From Raillietiella orientalis (taxonomy: Eukaryota): a DNA stretch of 64,000 bases. Under the pieces are notes generated by a model that was not told the origin of the DNA, searched no databases, and saw nothing but the letters and a program-made list of their open reading frames with translations. The stretch spans positions 1,674,001-1,738,000 of the forward strand of contig JAYWIR010000026.1 of NCBI GenBank assembly GCA_036172245.1, written 5' to 3'. Shown here in pieces: positions 1 to 13,100 of this stretch (position 1 is the stretch's first letter; the number at the start of each line of letters is the position of its first letter). The position numbers were made by a program, and so were the translations under genes.

Positions 1-785
1 TAATAACTGAAATCTATACTGGGACTGCAGAAATTAAAGATTTGGAATTTGATGTGTCTGCAACAAAAGTAAGCTCATTAATACTTCAGAAGTAATCATT
101 AGTTATTCAAGTTGGCAAGTGTTACTAGTGATGGCACTTGTGCAATTTGGATGGTGCACAGTGGTGACAAGCAGTGTGAACTGGAGTGGACAAGCCAGAA
201 AGGAGTAGTTTTGCCAGCCAAAAAATGCCGCTTCACATCAAGTCGCCATTTGTTAACAATACACAATTCCAAGTCCACTAAGGAGCTGTCATTTCTTGTG
301 CTGTGGGATATTGAAAAACATGTACCATATCACTCATGTACATATACAGAATGTCTGTCTGCATTAGCAGTAAGCAACAATGGAATGTTTGTGGCAGTTG
401 GAACTATGTTTTCTGGCAGTGTTGAAGTTAGATCGCTCCCACACTTGCAAGTGAGAAGTTAATAGTTTTCAGTTTGCACTCCCACTGTAGCAAGTGCTAC
501 GCACTACTGCTGCTCATCGGACATTTGTTACAGGTCTTGCATTCCTCCCTGATACTTTAGCTGCTAGTCATGCAACAGGATGTGCACACCTATCTCTAGT
601 GAGCATTTCTGTGGATAATCGTGTTTGCATTCATCAGATTGTTAACAGATGTAAGTAGAACAAACTTTCAGTAAGTTGGATCATGTTGCTGTTTTTTAGG
701 TAGACCATCTATCTACAGAGCATTGTTGGTGTTAAATGCTAGTATACTGTTAACTTATGTTATAGGAAACTTCTTGAGCATATAA
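1..785 (+). CDS. PREB: Prolactin regulatory element-binding protein / Sec12-like Sar1 GEF (WD40 repeats plus C-terminal TM), 5'-partial
   Basis: Exons <1-68, 112-450, 491-650, 700-785 joined by GT-AG introns of 43, 40 and 49 nt. Translation includes AEIKDLEFD, LSALAVSNNGMFVAVGTMFSGSV, AHRTFVTGLAFLP and LVSISVDNRVCIH, then a hydrophobic tail (ALLVLNASILLTYVIGNFLSI*). This is the typical metazoan PREB layout. Confidence 0.85.
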
Positions 786-793
786 GCAATATA

Positions 794-799
794 TTTATT
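794..799 (-). promoter_or_regulatory. Candidate polyadenylation signal of the stathmin gene
   Basis: tttatt on + (AATAAA on -), ~40 nt after the stathmin stop. Confidence 0.55.
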
Positions 800-836
800 A
801 ATTGTCTATACAAAAAGGTATCCACAACTGTCTTAT

Positions 837-1816
837 TCACTTTCTTCCTTCCATGGGGCATGGGATGTTTGATTTGTGACTCGTGTGCCCTTGGTTAGCA
901 TGCTTATTCAATAAACAGAGTTATGCTTTTGGAGGATTAATCTACTCACATGTTTTTTGACATTTTCCACACATTCTTGTAATTTATCCTCACGATTTCT
1001 AAATGCTTGTTCTAATTTTTGTGCAACTTCATCCAATTTATTGCACTCATGCAGATGAGCTTCCCGGTCTTGTTGAATCTGCCCTTCCTAGATATAATTC
1101 GTAATAACTAAAATATATATATTTGTATATGTATATATACATGATGTTTTAGTTTCTGAAGCATATTTGGGATTTTCACAAAATCGCGATCGGAAGCTTG
1201 TTCCTGTTTCCCTTTTATGGAATCCCTCAACTCACTTATTTGCTGTTCTGGTGTGCCACGAACCTTTTCAACACTGGTTATCTAAAAATGATGATAACGT
1301 TTTACAAATAAAAAAGAGGCTGTTACGTGTTCTTGTATTTTTTTTCTGAGATTACGGTAAAAGACTTCTCGATTGTGATCACTCTGCTCCATTTTTTGCT
1401 CAAGAGCATCTTTTGTTTGTTGAATGAATTCTGCATTTAAAATATCGCGCTTCTTAATTGCACTATCTATTCTAGAGAGCTGTTTTTCCAATTCCATGTG
1501 CCGTGAATCTGTTAAAGACTGAAACATTATAAATTCATAAATAAGAAATATGAAAATCGATACTTTTCGTCTTTCTTGTGCTGCCTCCAATTTTTTTCTT
1601 ATATCATCAACTGAGATGTTCCTTTCAGCTGTTGGTAGATGGAACGGTGAAGAAATTTTTGCTTCTCTGATAATAGCATTGTATTTTATGCCGCCAGGTG
1701 AATTAGTTTCATCCTTTACTTTCAAGACTAAAAGCAACAAACATGCATGCCTTGCAATCGTGTAATTCACGTTTACTTGTTTTTTCGAGAATATTCGAAT
1801 CCACACCAACAGACAT
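837..1816 (-). CDS. stai: Stathmin-family protein with several tubulin-binding coiled-coil repeats (~246 aa)
   Basis: Minus-strand exons 1816-1777, 1727-1564, 1518-1327, 1281-1141, 1087-950, 902-837 (741 nt, phases consistent; introns 45-53 nt). Contains SPGGIKYNAII...SVDDIRKKLEAAQERRKS and repeated LEQKMEQ..NRE / KLEQAFRNRED units. Confidence 0.85.
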
Positions 1817-3049
1817 CTTGCACCTCTGCTCAAACTTCTCGAGTTATCGATTGCTATTTGGAGAAATATTAAAATTTTGCCCAGCTTACGGAATAACCTG
1901 GAAAAACAAATACATTTCACAAGCACGTATTACTTGACGGGTGGATGAATCAGTACACCAGGAGTGTACGTGTATGGCATGCTCTCAGTTAAAACTTGAC
2001 GAAAAGAACACCACACAAACTAATAGTAATGTCTGGCTGCATAAACCATTCGATTATTATGGCTTCCCTGTGTCAGTTGCCAATAACAGTTTGAACCCGC
2101 GCGTTTCGCGAACGGTTCGAATTTCATTGGTCAAAGGGAACAATACTCGTGAATAGAACTACGTCATGCTTACCTCCTCCTATCAATTATTTAAATGCCT
2201 TAAATGTTTTCCGATAGGGACGATAAATGCATCAACTGATGATTCCCATGCGGATTCCCATTCTTTCATTAGCAACTTTGCCTCGGTGAGAAATCGGAGC
2301 CTGCTAAAAGTCCAACCGTGTTACCTTCATGATATTTCGGTTGAAATGGATCGTTTGAAAGATTTTTCCTGGGAAAATTCACCCCATGAAAGCGGCTCGC
2401 TGGGATGCAGTTGGACTTTGAAGTTGTGAATTGCGGAATAGGAAAACCACATCTATGTAATGGAGTCTTGTGCAGCAAATTTATAAAGTTGTATCGAACC
2501 TACTTCAGTTCAGACACTGGTATTCTGATAATGTGGTTACCCTGAATTTTAGAATTTTCTTTATGCGATTTGATTTGACCGGCTCCAGAATTGAACTTCA
2601 CGATTTTAAATATTCGTGAAGTTCAGTTTTTCATGCTTTTGGATTCTCCGTGGGTAATCCCTAATGCAAGCAATCACAATTGCTTTTTAGATTTAGGGAA
2701 GGCAGCAGCAACGTGTGAAATTGAAATCGTACTGTTGGATGTTGTATAGGATGTTGTGTAGTACATAAATAGGTAATATGAAAAAAGAATCGAGGCGCAC
2801 GGAAAGATTCAAGGTGATCTTTGACACATTTTTTAGTTTGACTTTTCGAATGTAATGCTCTGAGTCGTATTTTTTGAATTTCCTCCTCGAAAAGAACGTG
2901 CACCTTCATCCTTATTACTCAATTGAGAGACAGACATTATAAAGGCATGAAATCAATCTCTGTTTTTCCTTACAAACTGCACTGAAACGAACAGCATGTC
3001 TAATATGTCACGTCTATACGTTAGTACCTAAATTAACATTCTCAAGAAC

Positions 3050-3930
3050 AAATTCTTACCTACCACCTATTCATCCTTACCATCATCACTCCCCTACCTC
3101 ACAACAACAAATAAAACCTTCAAGACAACATCTCCCTACTGATGCCGTCAACCCATCACACCGATATCGAGGCACTACCCCTCATCATCACATAGTCACA
3201 GATGTAACAATTAAACATTTTATACCCATAAATAATTTATCCATAAATAACCACCTTGTCATCAGTGTCCAATAAACCAAAAATTCTTCGTCCGACAAAA
3301 AAAAAAGCAAACATCCTACTTCTATCCTCTGCATCATATCCTGAAACCAATTCAACCATCACCCTTTGGAAAATCATGAGCCAAGAGATTAACCTCCTCC
3401 AAACACATAATATCCACATAAATACCCCCTCTAATCTGCGAAACGTTAACCATCCCGCCCTCACTCCCAGTCTATACCCTCCTACATCACGACCCTTACA
3501 ATACAATAATTATGCACATCGTAAGAAATTATCTGAGCTACAGAACATACTACACCAATATCTCCATGTTAGCTATTCCTCACTTACCCAGCTGATTATT
3601 ACCTCATACATCCTCTCCCTCAAATCAACCCTATCACCCCTCTCATTATCCTCCAATCTATACGATGAAATGCTCCTATCGCTACTATTATCCCTAACAT
3701 AACCACAGGACCCATTTTATAACACACCTGATTGCTACTTACCAATTCATAGTACCTCTTACCTACCAACCTTCGTACATCTCTGCAGCCTGCCCCCTCC
3801 CCCCTTCATTTCCCAGCATATTTGATTCCTCCCGCCCTTGCACTTTCCTTAAAAGCATACGTTCGATAACACCATCACTACCTCAAAAACCCCTTGCATT
3901 ATCATTAACACACTTTACAATTTTCCTCAA
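3050..3930 (-). pseudogene. nad1: Mitochondrial nad1 pseudogene (NUMT)
   Basis: Minus-strand fragments in invertebrate mitochondrial code: VIERMLLSKVQGREESNMLG (cf. LERK.LG..Q.RKGPN.VG), SVAQMISYDV, VELVSGYDAEDSSSMFAFFF (cf. SELVSGFNVEY), VPRYRCD (cf. PRYRYD). Several frameshifts and stops; the + strand is strongly A+C-skewed. Confidence 0.85.
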
Positions 3931-4760
3931 GCAAAAATTTTTCCAACTTTCCAATCCTTTCGTACTAAAGTTCATCATCATTTAAAGCCAATCTTACGGT
4001 GATCTAAACTCAAATCATATAGGACTTTCGGTGGAACAGACTGCTACCATAAATCTTCTACACCTATTGGATATCCAATTCAACACCGGAGTCACAAACT
4101 CTCAAATAAGTTAGAACTCGCCATCAAAAATTACGCTGTTTTCCCTTGAGTAACTTTTTCTTCATTTCAAGATCACCGTAAGGTTTGAAGATCCTCACCT
4201 TATACTATTCATAAGAAAATGTCTTCAAGAAATATTTCTACTAAACAGTTTCCAAGTTTCTCATCATATTCGTACCTCAGAACTTCCTCACTTTCCTAAC
4301 TCTTAATTAAAACACTATTCCACATAACTCATAACTCTTTAACTCTCACTTTAAAAGTCAATTCTAATTCAACATTAAAGCCCTATAACAGCCACCTCTA
4401 AGCTCATGATCCCTTTCTCCATCTACATTTACAAAAAAACAAGTTATCTTCATTCCTTTATTCACCAAGTAACCAGAAACATTAATGTGTCTCTGTATCG
4501 CCATCAAATGAAATTTAACTAAATTTTGGTACATATAGCATCAGATCTATTTAACTCATTAAGGTTCGAGAAATAAATGTTTGTTTTGGATTCATTCCAT
4601 TCTGATACAAAAGATAACTACAATTAGTGCCTCCATTCTACTCACCACCACTTTTTCAATACTATTTTTTATCATCATTCAATCAGTTCACTGTCAATAA
4701 TAATCACATCCCATAACAGAACAGCTTATCAATATCAAGATAATCTTCTGTTTCAGCAAA
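3930..4760 (-). rRNA. rrnL: Mitochondrial large-subunit rRNA (rrnL), degenerate NUMT copy
   Basis: The + strand carries reverse complements of conserved 16S 3' motifs: tcctttcgtactaa (~3955-3968), gatctaaactcaaatcatatagg (4001-4023, 16Sbr-like site) and ttacgctgttttccc (4131-4145). The 5' boundary is approximate. Confidence 0.8.
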
Positions 4761-4774
4761 TACCGTCCCGTTGC

Positions 4775-5120
4775 CTAGATACAGCTTCCAGTACATCCAC
4801 TGTGTTGTGACTTGACTAATTCCACAGCAGAGAAGCGAGTAATTTGTAGTCAATTACCTTATCTAAACTTTATTATCCTCTTCAAACAAATTTACAGTAA
4901 ATCCTATTTCAATACGAAATATTTCAAATTACATTCATATATCCAAATTTAACACACGTAGTTTACTCTTGTATCTTTTCATACTGCATCTTGATTAGAA
5001 CTCCCAATCGTTCTTTATCGAGACAATTAATCATTCATAAACAATCAAAACAGCGATATACGAACGCTAAAAAGGTAATTTCATCACGGATTATCAATTA
5101 CTGAACAAACTCCCTTTTAA
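4775..5120 (-). rRNA. rrnS: Mitochondrial small-subunit rRNA (rrnS) 3' part, degenerate NUMT copy
   Basis: cttccagtacatccactgtgttgtgacttg (4785-4814) matches the reverse complement of the 12S 3' end (ttccagtacatctactatgttacgactt). ggattatcaattactgaacaaactcc (~5088-5113) matches another conserved 12S block. Confidence 0.75.
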
Positions 5121-6989
5121 ACATTTGCTCATTTAAGTATCCCATGTTAGGTGAAAGAGGCATTCAAGGGAGTGGCTATGTGCTCATACTGCGTCAATAG
5201 AACGTAATAAGTTGTACCAAAGAATTTTATTGCTCTCAGCCTCCTTTTTATTAAGAAAAAAGAAGAACATTTTTCTCATATCATAGTGCAGTTTTTATCG
5301 TTATGTTTTGCAGTTGAGACTTCTTTCTATATATCGTTCTATGGTTGTACAGGGAATCAAAAATAGTTCTAATTTTCTGAAGTGAATTCATATTGTCGAT
5401 TCCAGTCATTCTAGTTCTTATAAAAGGATATGAATTCTAAACTTCACGATCACACTAGATTTTTATGATTCTTATTAGATGGCTCATGGGTTGATAACTA
5501 TCAAATGCAATTAAGAGCTGCACAAGACAGGAAAAAAAATAAAATATTTTTTATTTGAATCCCTAAAATTTCAATAAATATATAAACATTTTTCGAATTT
5601 TTAATCAACTAATGCTTCATATTTCTTGTTTGTATTTATACTTGTTAAAGACCTGGTAACGTTCAGCTTGATACCTGAGTGCTCGTGGTACCAACGTGAG
5701 CGTAGAGGTGTACTTGCTAATTGGGGCAGCAGTGAAAGTGGATGCAGCCGGCTGTTTCTTGTAACGTTAAGGGAAAAAGGTATTAAAAAGGAGCGTTTTA
5801 GGCCTGCATAACTATGCTAAACGTTGAAATGCATAAATCCTTTGTTGCCTTATACTGAAAACTGTGTTCATGATCGTTCTGCGAGGAGAATTTGTCTATT
5901 CTGATCCCTTGTAAAACAATTAAAATTTGGGCCAGTCGCTTCACATATTAAAGTGAGTAATTTTTTCCTGCTAATTTCCCTTAAACGCATCATGTTGCCT
6001 TAGCATCATGGTTGAACAATAGGGATATAGTAATTCTGCTTAAAAACTCTTTTTCTGAAAGACAAAGATACCTGTTGGCAGAAACAAAGCACATTTTGCT
6101 TAACTGATTGGTTTTTAAAAATGTTTATGATTGAAGTGCCGTTCTGTTTTCAGAGCCTGGTATCTACTCTTGAGCTTACTATGATGGACTAGTGATGAAT
6201 ATGGTGACATTTGAAGATTTTGTCTTTGTACTGTTCCGTACGAGTTGAGCACTTGGTTGTACTGTATTCAGAATTATTGCGCGTCATCAATAAAAAAGAA
6301 TATAAAAGTGTTGGAATAACGGCTTTGCAATTGCATTTTGCTTATGCCTGAATTACTTTGTGGTGTTAACTTCAAGACTTTATGGTTCAAAAGTTTGAAA
6401 ATTCGTATCCAATGCCGCGAAAGATGGTAATTCATGCTTGTCATCAATTCTTACAAATCTATTTTCTTTTTGCTTATGCTTTCTGTTTTCAATGATTTTT
6501 TAAAAATTACTGTGAGTACTCACTATTTGTAGGAATTTCCTACCTGCACAAAATGGTTTTTGGTGACAATTTTTTTTTTTTTTTATAAAGTTTTGTCTGC
6601 AAATTTTTTAATATAATTTTGGAATTTTCAAGAGCTTTTTCAAAAATCCACGTATAAAGTTGGTTTTAAGAATTCACTTACATGATTTTCTTGAATTTGA
6701 TTATACCAACAAAATTTACAACACAGTTCTTTTTTATATTTTTCAAGTTTCAACGTATCTAATAAAATTGTAATCTGGGGAGCAAACGCAACTTATGTGT
6801 TTTCAGATATTTAGTGCTTGATCTGCATGAAATATATGTGAAAGGAAAGCTCATTTCTGATATCTGACCTCAGTTATAATAACTTGTAATAACTTTAACA
6901 TTTGCATTAATTTGTTTGGCCACATGCTACAGTTTTTGGCAGTTTTGAATGCACCGTTCCCCAAGTAATTTTTGAGGTCATCTTCATTT

Positions 6990-7420
6990 TTATTCCATTC
7001 AGTTAGCGTTGACAACTAAGCATTTGCTCTTATGTTTATACTTCACAGATTCATTCTTCATCTTACACCATTCGAGTGTTTTTCTTGGATACCATTCTTT
7101 CATGTGGTAGCACCAAATTTTTGCACCCCTTGTTTTTACCATATGGTTTAGGCTTTGAAACTTGAAAAAAACTTTCCTATCAAATTCTGCAAAAGCTTTT
7201 GAAGGAAAGGACACTGTGCAATCAAACAAAAATAGGACTTGCTACAAATTTATCTTAGAAAATAATCATTTTCTTAAATGAATTGCACATTGAAACAATG
7301 TTAATCAGCTGCCTAATATTGCCACCAGGTTTGAGCATCAAGAATCATACAATCAAGTATTATTCACACAGCTTATTTAAATAGTCTTAAACTGAATGGG
7401 AAACCGACTGCTGAAAAGTG
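6990..7420 (-). mobile_element. Decayed non-LTR (LINE) reverse-transcriptase fragment
   Basis: ORF 6999-7229 FDCTVSFPSKAFAEFDR resembles the RT motif D...DFSKAFD.V; an RPIS-like remnant lies upstream. Confidence 0.35.
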
Positions 7421-8989
7421 TGGTATGGATAAGTTGTAGTTTAAAAAATGTTCCCAACTTTATTGATAGAAAGCGCTTTTCTAGCAAGTATAAATGCTCA
7501 CTTAGGAGCAGTGCTATAATTTTTATATAATGGGGACAGTTTCATTGTTTCATTACATGAACATTTTGTGGTACTTTTGATACTCTGGTCCCGAAAATTT
7601 CAAGTCTTTCGTGGTTTGCATGCTAGCAATACACAAGACTATACCATGTAAGTTCTAATAATCATATCTGCAGGAAGTACAGATCTGTTGATCTTTGTTC
7701 CGTATGTTTCTGTTTACTTTCATAACCTTTATATTGGCGTGATTAACTCACAGAAGTCATTCAATTGACAAGTGCTTAGATGAGACCGTGACACTAACCT
7801 GAGATAGGTATGTGCAAATTTGAAAACGGGATGAACCCATTTACCTTCAGGTGAGTTGCTCTTGGGATTCTCATAACTGTAAACTACTGAGACTTAAGAA
7901 TACCACCGGAAGAGATTACTGTACGCATTCGATGCCATGTCATCGCAAACTTTCAAAACCTTCAGTTTGCACGTTATTCAGGGAAGCTCTTCCACAATTT
8001 TTCTTTCGGACATCAGACCACTCTTGCTAAGCTGTTTGTTAGGAATTCTTTTTTTTTTTTTTTTTTTTTTTAATGTATTCATACCGCTCTTCGGCAGTTG
8101 AGTGCTCGCAGCAATGTGCAACACACCCTTGTAATGTGAAACAGCCTTTTGAGGTTCTCTTTTGAGGTTGAGAGTACCCCAAAGCGTTTACCTCAGTGTC
8201 TTTGAGGAATTGCCACCATCATAGGAGCACTAACCAAAGAATCGACACGAGTTGTTGCCAGTTGCAGTTTACGAGTCAAAGCTCCATGAAAATCGGATCC
8301 ACCGAGTCTGCCGTGTGAAAAAGGACACAGTCAGGGCCACGTGCTGCTGCGACGGTTTTCGGTGACTTTGGCTGCAAAGCTTGCAGAGCCGAGTCACTGA
8401 AAAGGCATCGGAACAAAGCGGAAGAAGAGGAAAACTTGCAAAACGTGAAACCTTGTTCCAGGAATCGCATGACTTTGTCAGCAGCAGGTGAGGGATCCCA
8501 CATGGACTCGGCACGAATGAGGCCACAAGCCACGTGCGACGAAATGATGATTTCCGTCTCCCCACGGCGGCTGCCGACTTGGACGACGGCCCTCGTCTTG
8601 AACCACGCCTCCATCTCTGCTGCAAAATCTTCGAAGATTCTCGCAGGGGGGGGGGGGGGGGGATTCCTGCTTCGCCGTTCCGTTCGTCCCACCGAGGCTC
8701 CATCACGGAGGCAGCGGCCGAGAGTTTGTTGCACCTTCGGCAAAATTTCGTCGTTTCGTCGACCGGATGTGAGGAGGACGCGGAGGTGCTTGCGAGCTCC
8801 AAATTCGTTCGTTTCTCGGTCGGTGTGCGTTAATCGTAACGCCAAATGGAGACCCACAAAGGGAACTTACTTAGGGATGCCCCTCCCCGGGACGACAGCT
8901 TTTCTTTCTTTTTTTTTTTTCTTTGTATTCGTCATCGTCGTCGTCTCCTGTTGGATCAGGGGATCTGTTTCCACCTCGCATTTTTCGGA

Positions 8990-9780
8990 CTGGGTTTTGC
9001 ATGAGAGAATCGGTCAGATTGCGCTCGCTCTTCTGCCTCCCGAGAATCCACGGTTCTTCTCTCGTTTAAAGATGGCCCCCTGGTACACGATGAGTAAAGA
9101 CGTTGTATTTGCCGAATTCTGCAAGGGCTGGCTTTCGATTTTACACTCGCTCGTGCTTCCGGGGATCCGTTTTTTTTGGGGGTGCCGAAAGTCCCATTCT
9201 CGTACGCCCGGTTGCATCGTTTCGTCGTTACACGTTTATTTTTTTTTTCATTTTTTGTTCCGTTTGTTTGGTACGAAGCAACGATTTCCTCCGAACTGTA
9301 TTTATATCGCAGTTATAAATAATAATGGGGGGGGAGGGGGAACAAAGGACAAGCGGCGCCACCTCGTGCTCCTGGATGGGTTCGCCATCCGCGTTTCCGC
9401 AGAGCCTCCATTCGCTGGCAGCGGCGGAAGCGTCACGCGCTCGTGGATGACGTAATGCGAGTGGCCAATCAAGCGGGCCGACGTCACTTGTGTGCCATAT
9501 CGGATTACAAGCTTGCAGGCGAAGAGGCACGCATGCCCAGGGTAGCTACAACGGCGGTGTGGTCGGACGGAGGTCGCTGCGTGGCCAGGTAAGTGGGGAG
9601 GAGGTGTGGTTGCGGGGATTCGCTTGTCCGTTTCGTTCTCTACCAAGAGCACCTTGATTCGATTCGAGGCCTAGCTTTTCGGAATGCACTGGACCGCGTT
9701 CCCGGTTCCTGGGGCACCGGGATGGTTGTTTTGTCGAGGCAGTTGTCTCGGAGTAAGCCTTTGGAAATTCCCGAGAGGAG
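8990..9780 (-). mobile_element. pogo/Tigger-like DDE transposase relic
   Basis: SANTTSLLIVYQGAIFK (cf. PPNTTSL.QP.DQG.I..FK) and HERVTLPPLPANGG (cf. K.R.T....NA.G), in different frames and in the correct order. Confidence 0.45.
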
Positions 9781-10194
9781 TTCCCCCCCCCCCCCCACAC
9801 ACACACACACATACACGCAGTCATTCATTCACAGGATCATTGCTGTGGCAGTACATAGTGGATGCTGGATCGATCAGCTGTGTGCGTGTGTGTGTGTGGT
9901 TTTTTTGGCGCCTTTTGATTACGTTTCTTACTTTTGTTTTTCTTCGAACTTTGCTTTCGTGCTTTATAGGCTTCTTCACAGAAATCCTGAAAATCCGCGT
10001 ATACACTGTTCATTTTTTCGTACGCAAAAGGATTTTCTCGGCAACTGCTACTACTAGTAGTAGTGGTAGTGCCAAAAGTGGGCGAATTTTCCGCATTCGT
10101 TGGTGTAATACCGTGTTTTCGTGCCACCACCATTCAGAGAGTGGCGCCTGCTGTCGATGACCGTCTAAAATCGAAAATCTTTGCAGCATCATCC

Positions 10195-13100
10195 ATGGCA
10201 GCCGTAAATAACCCTTCGTACATTTTCGGGCTCAACGCTCTTGAGAAGTGTTTCACAAGCAGCCGGTGTTCGTCTTTGCCCAGCCTGACGGTCAGCAATG
10301 ACACTGAGCAGCTGGTCACGCAAGGCGAGGTCGCAGATGATGACTTCAAGAGCGATCACCTGGACGAGGGATACCTGATGCCCCAAGGCTGCTCTACATT
10401 CGTGGAAGATGTAGGGATGCAGCAGCCTCAAAGAACGCAGGTTTCCGATTTCGTGAAGCCACTTAGCCTGACGGAAGGTGAGAGCTCATTTTTGCAGTGC
10501 TCCTGGTGCCCTTGCCTGATGCATGCCCCCCCCCCCCTTTTTCCCTTCTCTTTTTTTTTTTTTTTTTTTTCTTTTTACAAGGGCTGTACACTCTGGGTAG
10601 AGTCTGTACGCATATAAAAAGCAGTATATGCTCTTCGAGAGCTTTCTTTGTTTGATTAGTTTACGTTTGGTTTCGAAAGTGGACCGGAAGTAGCCTTGAA
10701 GAGGTGCTGCTTCCAGGCTCTGCTCTTGACCTCAAAACTATTGACCTGTTGAGCGAGTCATTTTTTTCATAAATTCTACCCGTGGGTGAAATGGGCGAAA
10801 ACGAATAGGCACGTCACACACGCACAGCAAGCGCATCCATTGTAAATTTCAGTGGGGGGGGGGGGGATGATTCATGAAAATCTCGTTACTGTACGGAAAA
10901 CAAGAAACTTGGTACGTGAGAAAAAAACCAGGAAAAATTCGAGCAGCGTGGTGTGTTTCAAAGCAAGATACGACACAGAGTGACACCTCACAGGCCCAAC
11001 ACCGTGTTCCCTCACGAACGCCACTTTTGGAACACCCGGTGCATCTTCGCGATGCACTCGTTTTCCATAATGTAGATGCTGTAAAGTTTGGAAGGTGTTT
11101 CCCGGTGAGACCTGGCAGTTGGTCCACGCTTTCTAGAGTCGAAGATTCCTCTATAATTCGTTCGATATCCATCCGAGCGAAAAATGGAATCGATCTGATC
11201 TTCCATTGCTTTCTTTTATACAGTAAACACAACTTCAGGCACGTGACGTCGAAAAGGTGCAGAAATGCTTTCCTGTACCACCTCTTCCTTGTCAGCGTAC
11301 ATGCCGCAGTTGCACCGTCGCTTCTGTCCACTCCACCCATTTTTTGTCCACAGTCAGAGACCGCTCCAAGCTTTCTTTTCACGACACCTCGTTTCTCTGT
11401 TTCCATCACATTGGCGCCATGTATTGTACCGAGGAACTGTACATCCCTTCTGTCCCGCCACTGCAGCAACATGATTTCGTTGTCATATCTTGCAATGTAC
11501 TGACGTTTCTTCACAGAAGGTGTTTTCATATCTTCAGGAAGACCAAATCTCCGCTGTCGCGTTGTACCGATAATGTCTGGCCTACGAGTACCTGGTTTCT
11601 GTGCGAGTTCTGTACTTGTGTACCAGTTATCCAAACGGACTTTGCATCCCTGACCTAATAGGTCACGAGAGAGTTCGGGAACGATGCGAGTCTTGTATCG
11701 ATAGAGGACAGTTTTGACCACATTCTGTGTTTTCGCCAGTGTGCGCCCGGAAGTTCCAAATGTGTACAGATCGCACCGGGCAAAAACTTCCATTCCCAAA
11801 CGATTCCTTCTGGAAGGCACACGTGCTGCTTCCGAGGCAGTCGTCCTCTCCATGGCAACGGGGATCCGTCCACGCGAGTGCCCTGTTGCGGAATGCGCTG
11901 GGATTTGCATCCACGTCGGGTCCATTTTTTTTTCCCCCAAGCAGTTTCGATTCCGGGAATTCTGCTTCTCGAGGTCGCGTTTCGGTCATCTTCAAGGTGG
12001 GAGGAGGACGAAAATCCTGAATTCCGCCTCGCGCAGGTCACTCTTTGCCAGAAGGGATCCTTGGGAGCCTTAGTTGAGGGACATCACTGAAGCTTTAATC
12101 GAGGAAAATTATTGTCATTTCTTTCCTCGATTGGAGCTTCGGTTATGCGAAAAGTATGTGCAGAAACTCAGTGCGAAAAAAGAAAAGGAAGGAAGAAGAA
12201 TTCTTTTTTTTGTGTGTGTGTTTGGTCGGCAGATAAAAAATGAACGAGGCCATTCATTGCACGTTGCGATCAAAATACACGTGTACACTTCGATCTTAGC
12301 CAAAAGGCCCGCCGTACACGGGATTTTCCCAACTTTCCACTGAAACGTCGTATCTTCGTGGCAAATGGTAAACGCCCCGCAGCGGCGCCTTTGCGACACG
12401 TGTACATACGCTCAACACGTTCATCTGTGCATGCTATGGTATTCGTATGTCTCCGGTGCGCGGGTGCTTCTGTGTACACACAACACGTGCACATGTTGTT
12501 CCAGGTCCGCTACCAACAGCTTGCTCCCAAGTCACGTTTGTCATGCGCGCCACTCTCGCTGTGGTTGTGGCATTACCGTCGTGCTGGGATCTTCTTATAC
12601 CACCACCACGACGGGTCCGTTTGTTCATGCATTCAGCATGTGTACATGACCTCACAGAAAGGAAAAACGCTCCAAACTACATACAAGTTTGGCGATAAGA
12701 AGCTCTTTTATTGATTAGTGGTTGGCGATCCAGCTGTGTGTACGAAGTTTGCGCGTGGGAGAGTCGCGAGGTCGGAAAGTGGGGGGTGGGACCGACCGTG
12801 GGGCGCTCGCCGTTTCTTCTGCGAGGTTTGCGCTCTTTGCTGCTCGGGGGGGTCGCTGAAGACGTAGACGTCGTCTTCCGGGTATTCCAAGCTGTGTTGA
12901 TTTTTGAAAAAGCGCGATTTTTTAAATGCCCTCCTGCACCCTTTGCATTTGTTGTTATTACTGTGACTGTTATTGTGGTGTAGAGTATGTCGAATTTGAT
13001 GTTACAATCTTTCATGAAAAGGATGTGCAAGCTCACGCTGATAAAATAGCCGCTTTCCTCAAAGAAACGCAACTCTTCGAAGATCGATCATCAAGGTAAC

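Noticed and set aside
3120..3300. cox2-like reading (FGLLDTDDKVV)
   Set aside because: Flanking motifs (AQMISY, ELVSG, PRYR.D) identify the segment as nad1.
3256..3702. + strand 148-aa ORF
   Set aside because: Antisense shadow of the skewed nad1 NUMT.
8090..8860. hAT-like transposase relic (RDGASV, ATRVDS)
   Set aside because: Motifs are too weak to call.
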